The translations under genes and the position numbers were made by a program. Shown in pieces: positions 9,206 to 18,263 of a stretch of DNA of 64,000 bases. How positions within the stretch are numbered: position 1 is the stretch's first letter; each line of letters starts with the position of its first letter. The notes beneath the pieces were generated by a model. It did no database searches, was not told where the DNA came from, and worked only from the letters and a program-made list of their open reading frames with translations. The DNA is from an uncultured Chlorobiota bacterium. Its GTDB lineage: Bacteria; Bacteroidota; Bacteroidia; Bacteroidales; JAADGE01. The stretch spans positions 89 to 64,088 of the forward strand of contig CAMZKV010000018.1 of assembly GCA_947311445.1 (NCBI GenBank), written 5' to 3'.

Positions 9206-11794
9206 TTAAAATTCAATTCCTAAAAATAGAACGTCGTCAATTTGTTTGTAATTTTTTTTCCATTCATCAAATTGGGCTACAAAAAAATCGTGAAATTGGT
9301 TCATAGTAAAATCTTTATTTTCTATTATTTCTTTTTGCATTCTTCCTGCTTGATACTTTCTTCCGTCTTTTCCTCCAATTTGATCTGGAAAACCATCGGT
9401 AAATATAAAAATTTTATCGTTCTTCTCAATATTAATTTTATGAGTTGTAAATTTTTTTTCTTTTTGTCCTGGTCTTCCTCGCATTGGTTTTCCTCCAACA
9501 GCCATCCTGTCACCTTTAAATCTTGAAATTTCGGAGCCTCTTAAAAGTAAAAGAGGGTTATGTGCTCCGGCATATTCTAAGATGTTTTCTTTGTAATTAA
9601 TTTTACATAGGGCAATATCCATGCCATCCCGTGCTTTAGAATCTGGGGAATCTTGTTTGAGAGTTCTTCTTACTCTAAAATGTAATTTGTCAAGTATTTC
9701 TCCTGCTGTTTGGTTTTCGTCTTCATTCACAATGCTGTTAAGAGAGAAGTAGCCAATAAATGAAAGCAAAGTTCCCGGGACTCCATGTCCGGTGCAATCT
9801 ATTGCTGCGATATAAATTTCATTTTCTGTAACATAGAACCATGGTAAATCCCCACTAACAACATCTCTTGGTTTATAGAACATAAAAGATTTTGGCAGGT
9901 ATCTTTTTATAATTTTAAAATCGGGGACAATTGCAGATTGAATTCTTTGTGCATAATTTATACTTTCTGTAATGTTTTTGTTCTTTTTTTCAATTTCTTG
10001 CTCAATTTCTTTGCTTTGTGTGATGTCGTGAACAACAAAGAGGAATGTTATGATTTCCCCATTTTCATCTGTTTCGGGTATGGAGTTAAATTGAACTATT
10101 CGTTTTGTATTGTTAATCTTGAAAATTGTTTCTTCTTGAATTTCTACACCTGCAATATTTGTCTTTTTTATAATTTCATTAAAAAAATCTGCAACTTCCT
10201 GATTTAGTTCAGCAGTATTTATGTTTCTTCCAATTAATTCATTGCTTGCTTTTCCAATAAATTTTTCGGTCATAGGGTTTGCATAGAAGAAGTTACCTGT
10301 TTGTCCGACTCTAATAATCATGTCAAGACTATTTTCAGAAAGAGCTTGCATTTCACTGCTTAATCTTTTTGCCGTTTCTGCATCTTTTCTTACTGTTATA
10401 TCTCTTGTATTAAAAATAATTCCGCCAATTGCTGGGTTTTCAGAGAGGTTTCTGCCTCTTGTTTCTAGCCAAACTTTTTCTTCGTTTTTATTTATGTATT
10501 GATATTCAAATGTTTTTTCAGAATCAGGCTTTATAATTAGATCATTAAAAGCATTTTGTAATATATTGCCTCCTCTTTCAAAACGATTAATTCCTAGCAT
10601 TTCTTCGGGGTTAAAGCCTAATATGTTCTTAACTGATGGGCTTACGTATTGTACTATTCCTTTTTTATCGTATATGGTTATAACTTCTGATGCGTTTTCT
10701 AATAGTGCATGTATTCTTTTTTGTCCTGTTTCAACTTCAAATATTTTAGCTGCTAATTCTTTGTTTGATTTTTCAAGCTCAATTTGAGTTAGTTTCATTT
10801 GCTTCGCATTTTCACGAAGGTCATTTTCGTTTTTCTGTAATTTATTTGTTAATTTTTGTGCTTCATCTAGTAATTTTTTTGTTCTTTCATTGGCTTTGAA
10901 ATTAAATAGGGTTTGTCCAATAATTTCCTCTAATTCAGTTAATAAAGAGATTGTACTTTTAGGGTATTCTTGTTGTAAACTTGCAATTTCAATAACCCCT
11001 TGTATCTTTTCATCTCCGGTAAGAGGAAGAATTAGTATAACACCGGGTTTTTTTGTGCCTATTAATCCTGAGCTTATTGAAAAATAATCTTCAGGAATAT
11101 TTTGTCTGTAAATATAATTTTTTTCATAGGCTGCCTGACCAATTAAGCCTTGTCCAATTTTAAAACTTTGGGTTATTTTTTTTTCTCTTTTATAGGCATA
11201 AGAAAAAACATTTTGTAGTTCTTGTTTTTCTTCATTAAATAAATAAAAGGAACCTTGTATTGATTTTGTGTATTCTATTATATTTATAAGAATGTCTTTT
11301 ATTAAAGGATTAAGGTCGTTATGTTTACGTAAGATGTCAGCTATTAACTCTTTGCCTTTTGATATTCCTGAAATTTCTTGTTCTTCTTTATATTTTGCAA
11401 TGAAGTTTTTTTTCAGTAATAGTAAAGATTTATTTGTTTTTGTGTTTTGAAATGAGAGGTTTTTTTCGGGGTTATAGTTGTCTTTCCCTATTTCTTCTGC
11501 AAATTGTGTAAATTGCGAAATAATTTTTTTCTGATTTTCAATTTCATCAAAAAGAGATGATTGAATTTTTCCTACTTTTTCTGAAATAAAAAAGGCAACA
11601 ATTGCTAATACAAAAGGTGCTAAATCAATAATGAAATTAAGAGGGTTATCAGTATGTATTAATTTGATTTGTTCTAAACTAAATGAGTATTCTCCTGATA
11701 ATATTTGAAAAGACCAAGCTGTTAACGGAAAAAAAAGTCCGAAAAAAAAGCCGTAAAAAGCATACTTTATTATATTTGAATTTAATTTGCTCAC
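9206..11794 (-). CDS. Membrane-anchored GAF-PAS-PAS SpoIIE/PP2C protein phosphatase (SiaA-like role)
   Basis: Two N-terminal TM helices. GAF region (GQGLIGQAAYEKNYIY ... ILPLTGDEKIQGVIEIAS), a coiled coil, and two PAS-like regions. C-terminal SpoIIE/PP2C motifs: RDVVSGDLPWFY, AAIDCTGHGVPG, DGMDIALC, IFIFTDGFPDQ. Confidence 0.85.
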   Translation of the reverse strand: MSKLNSNIIKYAFYGFFFGLFFPLTAWSFQILSGEYSFSLEQIKLIHTDNPLNFIIDLAPFVLAIVAFFISEKVGKIQSSLFDEIENQKKIISQFTQFAEEIGKDNYNPEKNLSFQNTKTNKSLLLLKKNFIAKYKEEQEISGISKGKELIADILRKHNDLNPLIKDILINIIEYTKSIQGSFYLFNEEKQELQNVFSYAYKREKKITQSFKIGQGLIGQAAYEKNYIYRQNIPEDYFSISSGLIGTKKPGVILILPLTGDEKIQGVIEIASLQQEYPKSTISLLTELEEIIGQTLFNFKANERTKKLLDEAQKLTNKLQKNENDLRENAKQMKLTQIELEKSNKELAAKIFEVETGQKRIHALLENASEVITIYDKKGIVQYVSPSVKNILGFNPEEMLGINRFERGGNILQNAFNDLIIKPDSEKTFEYQYINKNEEKVWLETRGRNLSENPAIGGIIFNTRDITVRKDAETAKRLSSEMQALSENSLDMIIRVGQTGNFFYANPMTEKFIGKASNELIGRNINTAELNQEVADFFNEIIKKTNIAGVEIQEETIFKINNTKRIVQFNSIPETDENGEIITFLFVVHDITQSKEIEQEIEKKNKNITESINYAQRIQSAIVPDFKIIKRYLPKSFMFYKPRDVVSGDLPWFYVTENEIYIAAIDCTGHGVPGTLLSFIGYFSLNSIVNEDENQTAGEILDKLHFRVRRTLKQDSPDSKARDGMDIALCKINYKENILEYAGAHNPLLLLRGSEISRFKGDRMAVGGKPMRGRPGQKEKKFTTHKINIEKNDKIFIFTDGFPDQIGGKDGRKYQAGRMQKEIIENKDFTMNQFHDFFVAQFDEWKKNYKQIDDVLFLGIEF

Positions 11795-11805
11795 GTGTGT
11801 TGTTG

Positions 11806-13860
11806 TTATTTAAAGCTATTTAACCACATAGAATATTTCTTGTCTTTTTCAGTATCATATTTTGCTTTTATTAAGTTTTCCTTTTTAATATACTTTTTAA
11901 GATCTTGTGTGGTTTTTTTTATTTCGATATTTTTTGTAGCTAATAAATTTTCTTGTTCTTGTGTTTTTTCGGAAAGAATCTTATTTTTTTCTTCAAATTC
12001 TTGGTATTTGCTTATGTCTTCAGCTAAAACAAGAATTCGTACTATAGTTCCTTTTTCATTTTTAATTGGAGAGAAATGTGTGTTTACTTTTAAAATACTT
12101 TTGTCTTTTAATGTAAAAGTTAATATTTGTGTAATAGATTTGTCTGATTTAACATCTTTCACTATTTTGTCTATGAGTTTATCATCTTTTGAATCAACTA
12201 TGTCTGAAAGTGGTCTATTGCTAATTTCAGAAGGAACTATGTTTAAAGCCTTAAGAAGTCGTTGATTTGCAGAAGTTATTTTTCCTCTTGTGTTTAGTTC
12301 AATTTTAATTAAAACATTATTTACAGCTGATATAATATTTGCTATTTCAGTTTCAGATTTTCTTAATTCTTGTTGCGTTTGTTTTAATTGTCGTACTTTT
12401 TCAGACATTTCAGAATCTCTGTAAGCTAGTTCAGTTGATTTTTTTTGTGTTTCTTCCAGCAAAACAGTGGTTCTGTCTGTAATTTTTGTTGTTTCAAGAG
12501 TAGAGGCAATATCTTCGGCAATAGTTTCCATAAAATCTGCTTCGTCTTTTGTGAACTTGTAGAAAGATGCAATTTCTATAACTCCAAGAATTTTTTCGTC
12601 TGTTTTAAGAGGTACTATTAGTATGTTTGTTGGAGGTGCTTCTCCAAGGCCGGATTCAATATCCATATAATCATCTGGAACATTATTTAGCCAAATAGTA
12701 TTTTTTTCTAATGCACACATTCCAATTAAACCTTCTCCAACAGGTATTTTTTTATTTATTGATTTTATTCTGTCGTATGCAAATGCAGATATTAAATTTA
12801 GATAAGGCTGATTAGTTTCGTCGTTAATAATAAAAAAGCCTCCTTGTGCAACATTGAAAAATTTCACTAGGTTTTTTATGGATGCTTCTGCTAATTTGTT
12901 TATTGACGAAGATGATTCTCTAAGTATGTCATTAAATTTTGCTTGTCCTTCTGAGAACCATTGTCTGATTCTTTCTTCTTCAAGTCTTATTTTGTTTAAT
13001 TTAATATTCTCTTTTAGTTTGTCTCTTAGCTTAACTAATGAACTTTCTAATACTACATCTTTGTTGTAATCTTCAAATTGTACATCATAATTGTCATGTA
13101 CTAACTGAATTACAAATTTTGAAATCTCATTAGTTTTATAATATAGTTTGTTTAAATTAGAATGTACATTAGAAAAATCGTCATTAAAATTAGATATTTT
13201 ATGTATTGGTTTCCCTACGTAAATATTTGTAATTGCATCTTCAACAGTACTAATTGGTTTAACGAATTTATTTTTTACAAAGAAATAGATTAAAAGACTA
13301 AAAGTAATATAAAATAATATGGCTGTATAATGGATGAATTTTAGGATGAATATATCATCTTTATATTCTATTGCATATGCTTTTTCAATTTCCTCATGCA
13401 TTAGTTTAAGGGTCTTATACTTTTCGTTTATATTTTTTAAAATAGTTTCATTGTCTTTTATTCTTAATCGTTGATTCAAAGTATAATAATATTCATCCCA
13501 ACTTGTTTTAATAGTTTTTAATTTTTCTAATATTTCTCCGGATGGTTTAGTAAATATAAATGCTTCATCTTTTTCAGAAAAGTTACCCCCGTTTATAAGA
13601 ATAGACAAATTGTTCTTATATAGTTTTGCAGCATCAAAAATTTCTTTTTTAAAATTTGATGATTTTTTTGAAAGAGTATGTACTTCACCTAACAGCAAAG
13701 TGTTTGTTCTAATAAGTTTTGCAGAGTTTAAATTATTTTGCTCTGAATTTATATATAAGTCAGATAAAATAAAATGCAAAACACTAACAATAATTATTCC
13801 TAGAAGTAAAAATCCGGCTTTATGTAATGATAAAGTTTTTTTCAAAACCATAGTGTACAA
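11806..13860 (-). CDS. Membrane sensor protein with periplasmic helical domain, GAF and PAS, and no recognisable output domain
   Basis: TM helix, then a helical extracytoplasmic region of about 150 aa (PilJ/NarX-like layout), then a second TM helix. This is followed by a coiled coil, a GAF region (GEGLIGMCALEKNTIW ... IVPLKTDEKILGVIEIAS), another coiled coil, a PAS-like region and a coiled-coil tail. Its stop is 11 nt upstream of the PP2C gene. Confidence 0.75.
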   Translation of the reverse strand: MYTMVLKKTLSLHKAGFLLLGIIIVSVLHFILSDLYINSEQNNLNSAKLIRTNTLLLGEVHTLSKKSSNFKKEIFDAAKLYKNNLSILINGGNFSEKDEAFIFTKPSGEILEKLKTIKTSWDEYYYTLNQRLRIKDNETILKNINEKYKTLKLMHEEIEKAYAIEYKDDIFILKFIHYTAILFYITFSLLIYFFVKNKFVKPISTVEDAITNIYVGKPIHKISNFNDDFSNVHSNLNKLYYKTNEISKFVIQLVHDNYDVQFEDYNKDVVLESSLVKLRDKLKENIKLNKIRLEEERIRQWFSEGQAKFNDILRESSSSINKLAEASIKNLVKFFNVAQGGFFIINDETNQPYLNLISAFAYDRIKSINKKIPVGEGLIGMCALEKNTIWLNNVPDDYMDIESGLGEAPPTNILIVPLKTDEKILGVIEIASFYKFTKDEADFMETIAEDIASTLETTKITDRTTVLLEETQKKSTELAYRDSEMSEKVRQLKQTQQELRKSETEIANIISAVNNVLIKIELNTRGKITSANQRLLKALNIVPSEISNRPLSDIVDSKDDKLIDKIVKDVKSDKSITQILTFTLKDKSILKVNTHFSPIKNEKGTIVRILVLAEDISKYQEFEEKNKILSEKTQEQENLLATKNIEIKKTTQDLKKYIKKENLIKAKYDTEKDKKYSMWLNSFK

Positions 13861-14021
13861 TAAATTAATTAGCTTTCAAAAATAACATTTTTTTGTTTAT
13901 TTAAAAACTGTATTTGATGTGATTTTAAAAATATGGTATATTTATTTTCTGTTTTCAATATTTTGAGTTTGTTTTTATATTTTTGCATAAATGTCTAAAA
14001 ATGAACTTTCGTACAAAAGAA

Positions 14022-14984
14022 ATGTTTAATATAACTAATAATACGGAGTTTGAAAAACTTTGTTTCAATATTTTTAATTATCAATATAAGTTCAATGTTG
14101 TGTATAAAAACTATGTGAATAATTTAAAAGTTGACATTTCTAAAGTTACTGAAATAAAAGATATTCCATTCATTCCAATTGATTTTTACAAAACACATAA
14201 AATAATTACAAATGCGACTACTATTGAAACAACATTTAGAAGTAGTGGAACAACAGGTTCAAATATAAGTGAACATCATATCATAGACTTATCAATTTAT
14301 GAAAAAAGTTTTTTAAAAACCTTCAATAAATTTTATGGAAATCCTGAGAATTTTACATTTTTAGCTCTACTTCCATCATATTCCGAAAGGAATGATTCTT
14401 CTTTAATATATATGGTTCAGAAATTTATGGAAATTAGCAAAAAAAAGGATGCAGGTTTTTTTCTTTATAATTTTGACGAGCTTTATAAGAAAATTTACGA
14501 ACTTGAGAAACGAAATGATAAAACTATCTTATTCGGAGTTAGTTTTGCTCTGTTAGATTTTTTTGAAAAATATCAGATTAAATTGAAGAACACTATAATT
14601 ATTGAAACTGGCGGGATGAAAGGAAGAAAAAAAGAAATTGTAAGAGAGGAACTTCATTCTAAAATTAAAAGAGCAACAAATTTAGAAGCGATTCACTCAG
14701 AGTATGGGATGACAGAATTACTTTCTCAGGCATATGCAAAAAAGCAAAACAGATACCAGACTCCCCCATGGATGAAAGTTTTAATTAGAGATGTTAATGA
14801 TCCTTTTACTTATGTTAAACATGGAGCAACAGGGGGCATAAATATAATTGATCTTGCAAATATAAATTCATGTTCGTTCATAGAGACAAAAGATTTAGGG
14901 AAGTTACACTATGATAATTCTTTTGAAGTATTGGGAAGATTTGATAATTCAGATATACGAGGTTGTAATTTAATGGTAATTTAA
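14022..14984 (+). CDS. LuxE/PaaK-like acyl-protein synthetase / acyltransferase family protein
   Basis: Adenylate-forming-like motifs FRSSGTTGS and IIIETGGMKGRKKE, plus YGMTEL. The ORF track starts at a TTG (13983). A TATTTTTG -7 box at 13978-13985 argues for an ATG start at 14001 or 14022. Confidence 0.65.
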   Translation: MFNITNNTEFEKLCFNIFNYQYKFNVVYKNYVNNLKVDISKVTEIKDIPFIPIDFYKTHKIITNATTIETTFRSSGTTGSNISEHHIIDLSIYEKSFLKTFNKFYGNPENFTFLALLPSYSERNDSSLIYMVQKFMEISKKKDAGFFLYNFDELYKKIYELEKRNDKTILFGVSFALLDFFEKYQIKLKNTIIIETGGMKGRKKEIVREELHSKIKRATNLEAIHSEYGMTELLSQAYAKKQNRYQTPPWMKVLIRDVNDPFTYVKHGATGGINIIDLANINSCSFIETKDLGKLHYDNSFEVLGRFDNSDIRGCNLMVI

Positions 14985-15034
14985 ATTATTCAGCAGTTTA
15001 TTTTTAACTTTGTAATAAATTAAAAAAAGAAATT

Positions 15035-15814
15035 ATGGGATACAAAAACATTTTAATAGAAATTAAGGATGGAATTTTATATGCTAAATTAAACCGTCCT
15101 AAGCAATTAAACGCATTAAATAAAGAAGTTTTTTCTGAAATTAAACATCTTTTTACAAATATTGCTGTAAAAGATGAAGTTAAAAGTGTTATTATAACAG
15201 GATCGGGAGAAAAAGCATTTGCCGCAGGGGCAGATATAAAAGAATTTGCAGATTTTAATATTGAACAAGGAAAAGCATTGGCATCAAACGGACAAAAAAT
15301 CTTTAAAATTATAGAAACTTTTAAAAAGCCCGTTGTTGCTGCTGTAAATGGATTTGCTCTTGGGGGAGGATTAGAACTTGCAATGGCTTGTCATATAAGA
15401 GTTGCATCTGCAAATGCCCGTTTTGGGCAGCCCGAAGTTAGTTTGGGAGTAACTCCCGGGTATGCCGGGACACAACGTTTAACCCAGCTAATTGGGAAAG
15501 GGAAATCTATTGAATTATTGATGACAGGTGCTATGATAAATGCTGAGGAAGCACAAAGATTGGGACTAGTAAATTATGTTGTTTCACAAGACGATTTAAT
15601 TGGCAAATCAGAAAAACTTCTAAAAACTATAATGAAGCAATCTCCTGTTGCTGTTGCAGGAGTTATACAATGCGTTGATGCGTATTTTACGGAGGGTGTT
15701 GACGGGTTTAAATCGGAAATTGAAGAATTCGGAAAATGTTTTGGAACAGAAGATTTTATAGAAGGGACTAATGCTTTTATGAATAAAAGAAAGGCTATTT
15801 TTACCGGAAAATAA
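15035..15814 (+). CDS. Enoyl-CoA hydratase/isomerase (crotonase family)
   Basis: Crotonase oxyanion-hole motifs FAAGADIKEF and AAVNGFALGGGLELAMACHIRVA, then GQPEVSLGVTPGYAGTQRL. Confidence 0.9.
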   Translation: MGYKNILIEIKDGILYAKLNRPKQLNALNKEVFSEIKHLFTNIAVKDEVKSVIITGSGEKAFAAGADIKEFADFNIEQGKALASNGQKIFKIIETFKKPVVAAVNGFALGGGLELAMACHIRVASANARFGQPEVSLGVTPGYAGTQRLTQLIGKGKSIELLMTGAMINAEEAQRLGLVNYVVSQDDLIGKSEKLLKTIMKQSPVAVAGVIQCVDAYFTEGVDGFKSEIEEFGKCFGTEDFIEGTNAFMNKRKAIFTGK

Positions 15815-15980
15815 ATCTTTAATCATCAAATAGTTGCAAGTCATCAAAAAAAATAGGCAATTCATCAATACAATGTTTTGAAATAAGTTTTTTACAATAC
15901 ATTTGTGTCAACAATTAACTAATAATTTAATAAGGTAACAATTAACGAATAACTAACTTAAAACTTACTTTGTAAAAATT

Positions 15981-16012
15981 AAAAAGAGAGGCGGATTTTG
16001 TCTCTCTTTTTT
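15981..16012. terminator. Intrinsic terminator downstream of the crotonase gene
   Basis: aaaaAGAGAGgcggattttgtCTCTCTtttttt: a 6-bp stem extendable with the flanking A/T runs, followed by a T-run. Confidence 0.5.
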
Positions 16013-16278
16013 ATGTTGTTTTTTAATTTTTTCATTAAACATTTTTTTTCTTTTATAAATAATTATATTGGTTAAAAATAATACTATCGTTACAAGATAT
16101 AAGATAATTTAATGTTTCTAACACATTTAACAAAGAGTATTTTTGCTTTTCAAAATATTTGGGTTTAAACTTTTTTGATACAGTTTATTATTTATTTATC
16201 TTTGAGAAAAAATAATATAAAATAAGCAAATGCAGATGTATAATATTTAGTGTTAGTTAATTATATAATATTAATCGT

Positions 16279-17001
16279 ATGAAAACAAAATGCGTAATAG
16301 TTGACGATGAACCTTTAGCAATAAAAGTTATAAAAAACCATTTACAAAGTTTTGATGATATTGAGATTGTTGCAGAATGTAGAAATGTAATCGAAGCAGA
16401 TAAGATATTGCGAAAAGAAAAAATTGATCTTATTTTTTTAGATATTGAAATGCCAAAAATTACAGGATTTGATTTTTTAAAATCCATGGAAGGACAAACA
16501 AAAATTATAATAATTACTGCATACAGAAATTATGCTCTTAAAGGATATGAATATGATATAGTAGATTATTTATTAAAACCTGTTTCTTTTGATAGGTTTT
16601 ATAAAGCTGTAAATAAATTTTTAAAACAAAAAAAACCATCTGAGGTTCAGATATTTGACGAAAAAAAGAAAGCAAATTCTCCTTTTATATATTTTAATGA
16701 AGATAAAACAATTCATAAAGTATTTTTAGATAAAATTTTATATATAGAAAGTTTTAGAGAGTATATTAAAGTGCATACTCCGGATTTTTCTATAATGACA
16801 AAAATTCCTATAAGTAAGATTGAAAATAAATTAAAAGAATATGATTTTTTAAGGATACATAAATCTTATATTGTTTCTGTAAATTGCATTCAATCATTTA
16901 ATTCTCGTTCAATAAATATTAGCAAACAAGAACTTCCAATAGGCAGAACATATAAGGATGCAGTTATGAAAGTATTAAAATTTGATTCTGATTTATTATA
17001 A
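16279..17001 (+). CDS. LytR/AlgR-family response regulator (REC + LytTR), orphan
   Basis: REC domain (VIVDDEPLAIKVI ... DLIFLDIEMPKITGFDF). C-terminal LytTR-like domain (ILYIESFREYIKVHT ... FLRIHKSYIVSVNCI). There is no adjacent kinase. Confidence 0.85.
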   Translation: MKTKCVIVDDEPLAIKVIKNHLQSFDDIEIVAECRNVIEADKILRKEKIDLIFLDIEMPKITGFDFLKSMEGQTKIIIITAYRNYALKGYEYDIVDYLLKPVSFDRFYKAVNKFLKQKKPSEVQIFDEKKKANSPFIYFNEDKTIHKVFLDKILYIESFREYIKVHTPDFSIMTKIPISKIENKLKEYDFLRIHKSYIVSVNCIQSFNSRSINISKQELPIGRTYKDAVMKVLKFDSDLL

Positions 17002-17151
17002 AATCTACTTCTATTAATAATAAAAATATATTTTTGTAGTTTTTTATGCTATAAAATATCATTAAAAATACAAATTTACATTAAAAATAATTGGCTAATA
17101 AAATTCAATTTTTAGTTTTTCAATCTTAAAAAAAATAAAAACTTCTGACAG

Positions 17152-18144
17152 GTGAATACAAAAATAAAAAACGCACTAAAAATATTATTGTTTTTTTCAA
17201 TTGGAGCAGGAGTTTTCTTTTTAGTTTATAAAGATCAAGATTGGTCTGAAACAAAAGATGTATTATTAAAAGCAAATTATACTTGGGTAATTGTTTCATT
17301 GGTACTTGGTGTTTTAAGCCATGTTAGCAGAGCAATAAGGTGGAATATTTTAATAGAGCCGCTAGGACATAAACCTTCTTTTATTAATTCTTTTTTTGCG
17401 GTTATGATTATGTATCTTTCTAATATTGCTTTCCCTCGTTCCGGTGAAGTTGTTAGATGTGGTGTTATGAGTAAAAAAGAGGAGATCCCATTTTCAAAAC
17501 TTTTAGGAACAGTGTTTACTGAAAGAATTGTTGATTTTATTATGCTTTTTATTCTACTTGCAATTGTATTAGTAACTCAAGCAGATGTTGTTGCAGATTT
17601 ATTTAGCAGGATGAATTTAAATAAAAAACTTGACGGTCTATTTTCTTCTGTGCCTTTTATTTTTTCTTTTACTTTTATTATTATAATAATTACAAGTTTA
17701 TTATATTATTTTCGTGAAAGAATCAAAAAATCAAAGATATATCAAAAATTCAAAAAAATATTCATAAACTTTGGAGACGGTGTAAAATCAGTTTTGAAAA
17801 TGGAACGAAAATTTGAATTTATAGCTCATTCAATTTTTATTTGGGTAATGTATTTTGTTATGATTTATCTTATTTTTTGGAGTTTTGAATTTACAGAAAA
17901 TCTAAGTTTACTAACCGGTTTAACAGTTTTTGTTATGTCTGCTTTCGGAATGGTGTTTCCCTCTCCTGGTGGCATGGGATCTTGGCATTTTGCAGTAAGA
18001 GAAACTCTTAACTTATATGGTGTCGATATTTCAGATGCAAATGCTTTTGCTCTTGCAGCACATGAACCAATGACATTTATGATGATTGTTATTGGAGTTA
18101 TCGCTGTTATTTTACTTCCAATTGTTAACAAATCAAAAAATTAA
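17152..18144 (+). CDS. Flippase-like / lysylphosphatidylglycerol-synthase TM-region family membrane protein (UPF0104-like)
   Basis: About 8 TM helices with conserved-looking SHVSRAIRWNILIEPLG and FPRSGEVVRCGVM segments. It has a GTG start. The family call is from memory of the UPF0104 pattern. Confidence 0.6.
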   Translation: MNTKIKNALKILLFFSIGAGVFFLVYKDQDWSETKDVLLKANYTWVIVSLVLGVLSHVSRAIRWNILIEPLGHKPSFINSFFAVMIMYLSNIAFPRSGEVVRCGVMSKKEEIPFSKLLGTVFTERIVDFIMLFILLAIVLVTQADVVADLFSRMNLNKKLDGLFSSVPFIFSFTFIIIIITSLLYYFRERIKKSKIYQKFKKIFINFGDGVKSVLKMERKFEFIAHSIFIWVMYFVMIYLIFWSFEFTENLSLLTGLTVFVMSAFGMVFPSPGGMGSWHFAVRETLNLYGVDISDANAFALAAHEPMTFMMIVIGVIAVILLPIVNKSKN

Positions 18145-18263
18145 GCACTCTATGTTAAAAACTTTTTAAGAGTGTAAAATAATTTCCAAACAGAACAAAC
18201 CAAAATGCCATTTTCAATAATAATTAATTATTTTTGCAACTCAAAAAATTTAAAATTTCAATT

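Noticed and set aside
11795-12265. 156-aa plus-strand ORF overlapping the 3' part of the GAF-PAS sensor gene
   Set aside because: It lies entirely antisense to a gene with strong domain support. The translation is low-complexity (F/S/L/I-rich), as expected from reading an AT-rich K/E/N-rich gene backwards.
13983-14021. TTG-initiated N-terminal extensions in the ORF track (13983 for the LuxE-like gene; similarly 38154 for the lipoprotein)
   Set aside because: A TAnnTTTG -7 box at 13978-13985 would place the transcription start inside the extension. For 38154, the lipoprotein signal peptide starts at the internal ATG 38217.
15910-15946. Direct repeat AACAATTAAC at 15910-15919 and 15937-15946 downstream of the crotonase gene
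   Set aside because: It is a short AT-rich 10-mer in very AT-rich DNA with only two copies and no neighbouring regulator link. Chance or low-complexity similarity cannot be excluded.
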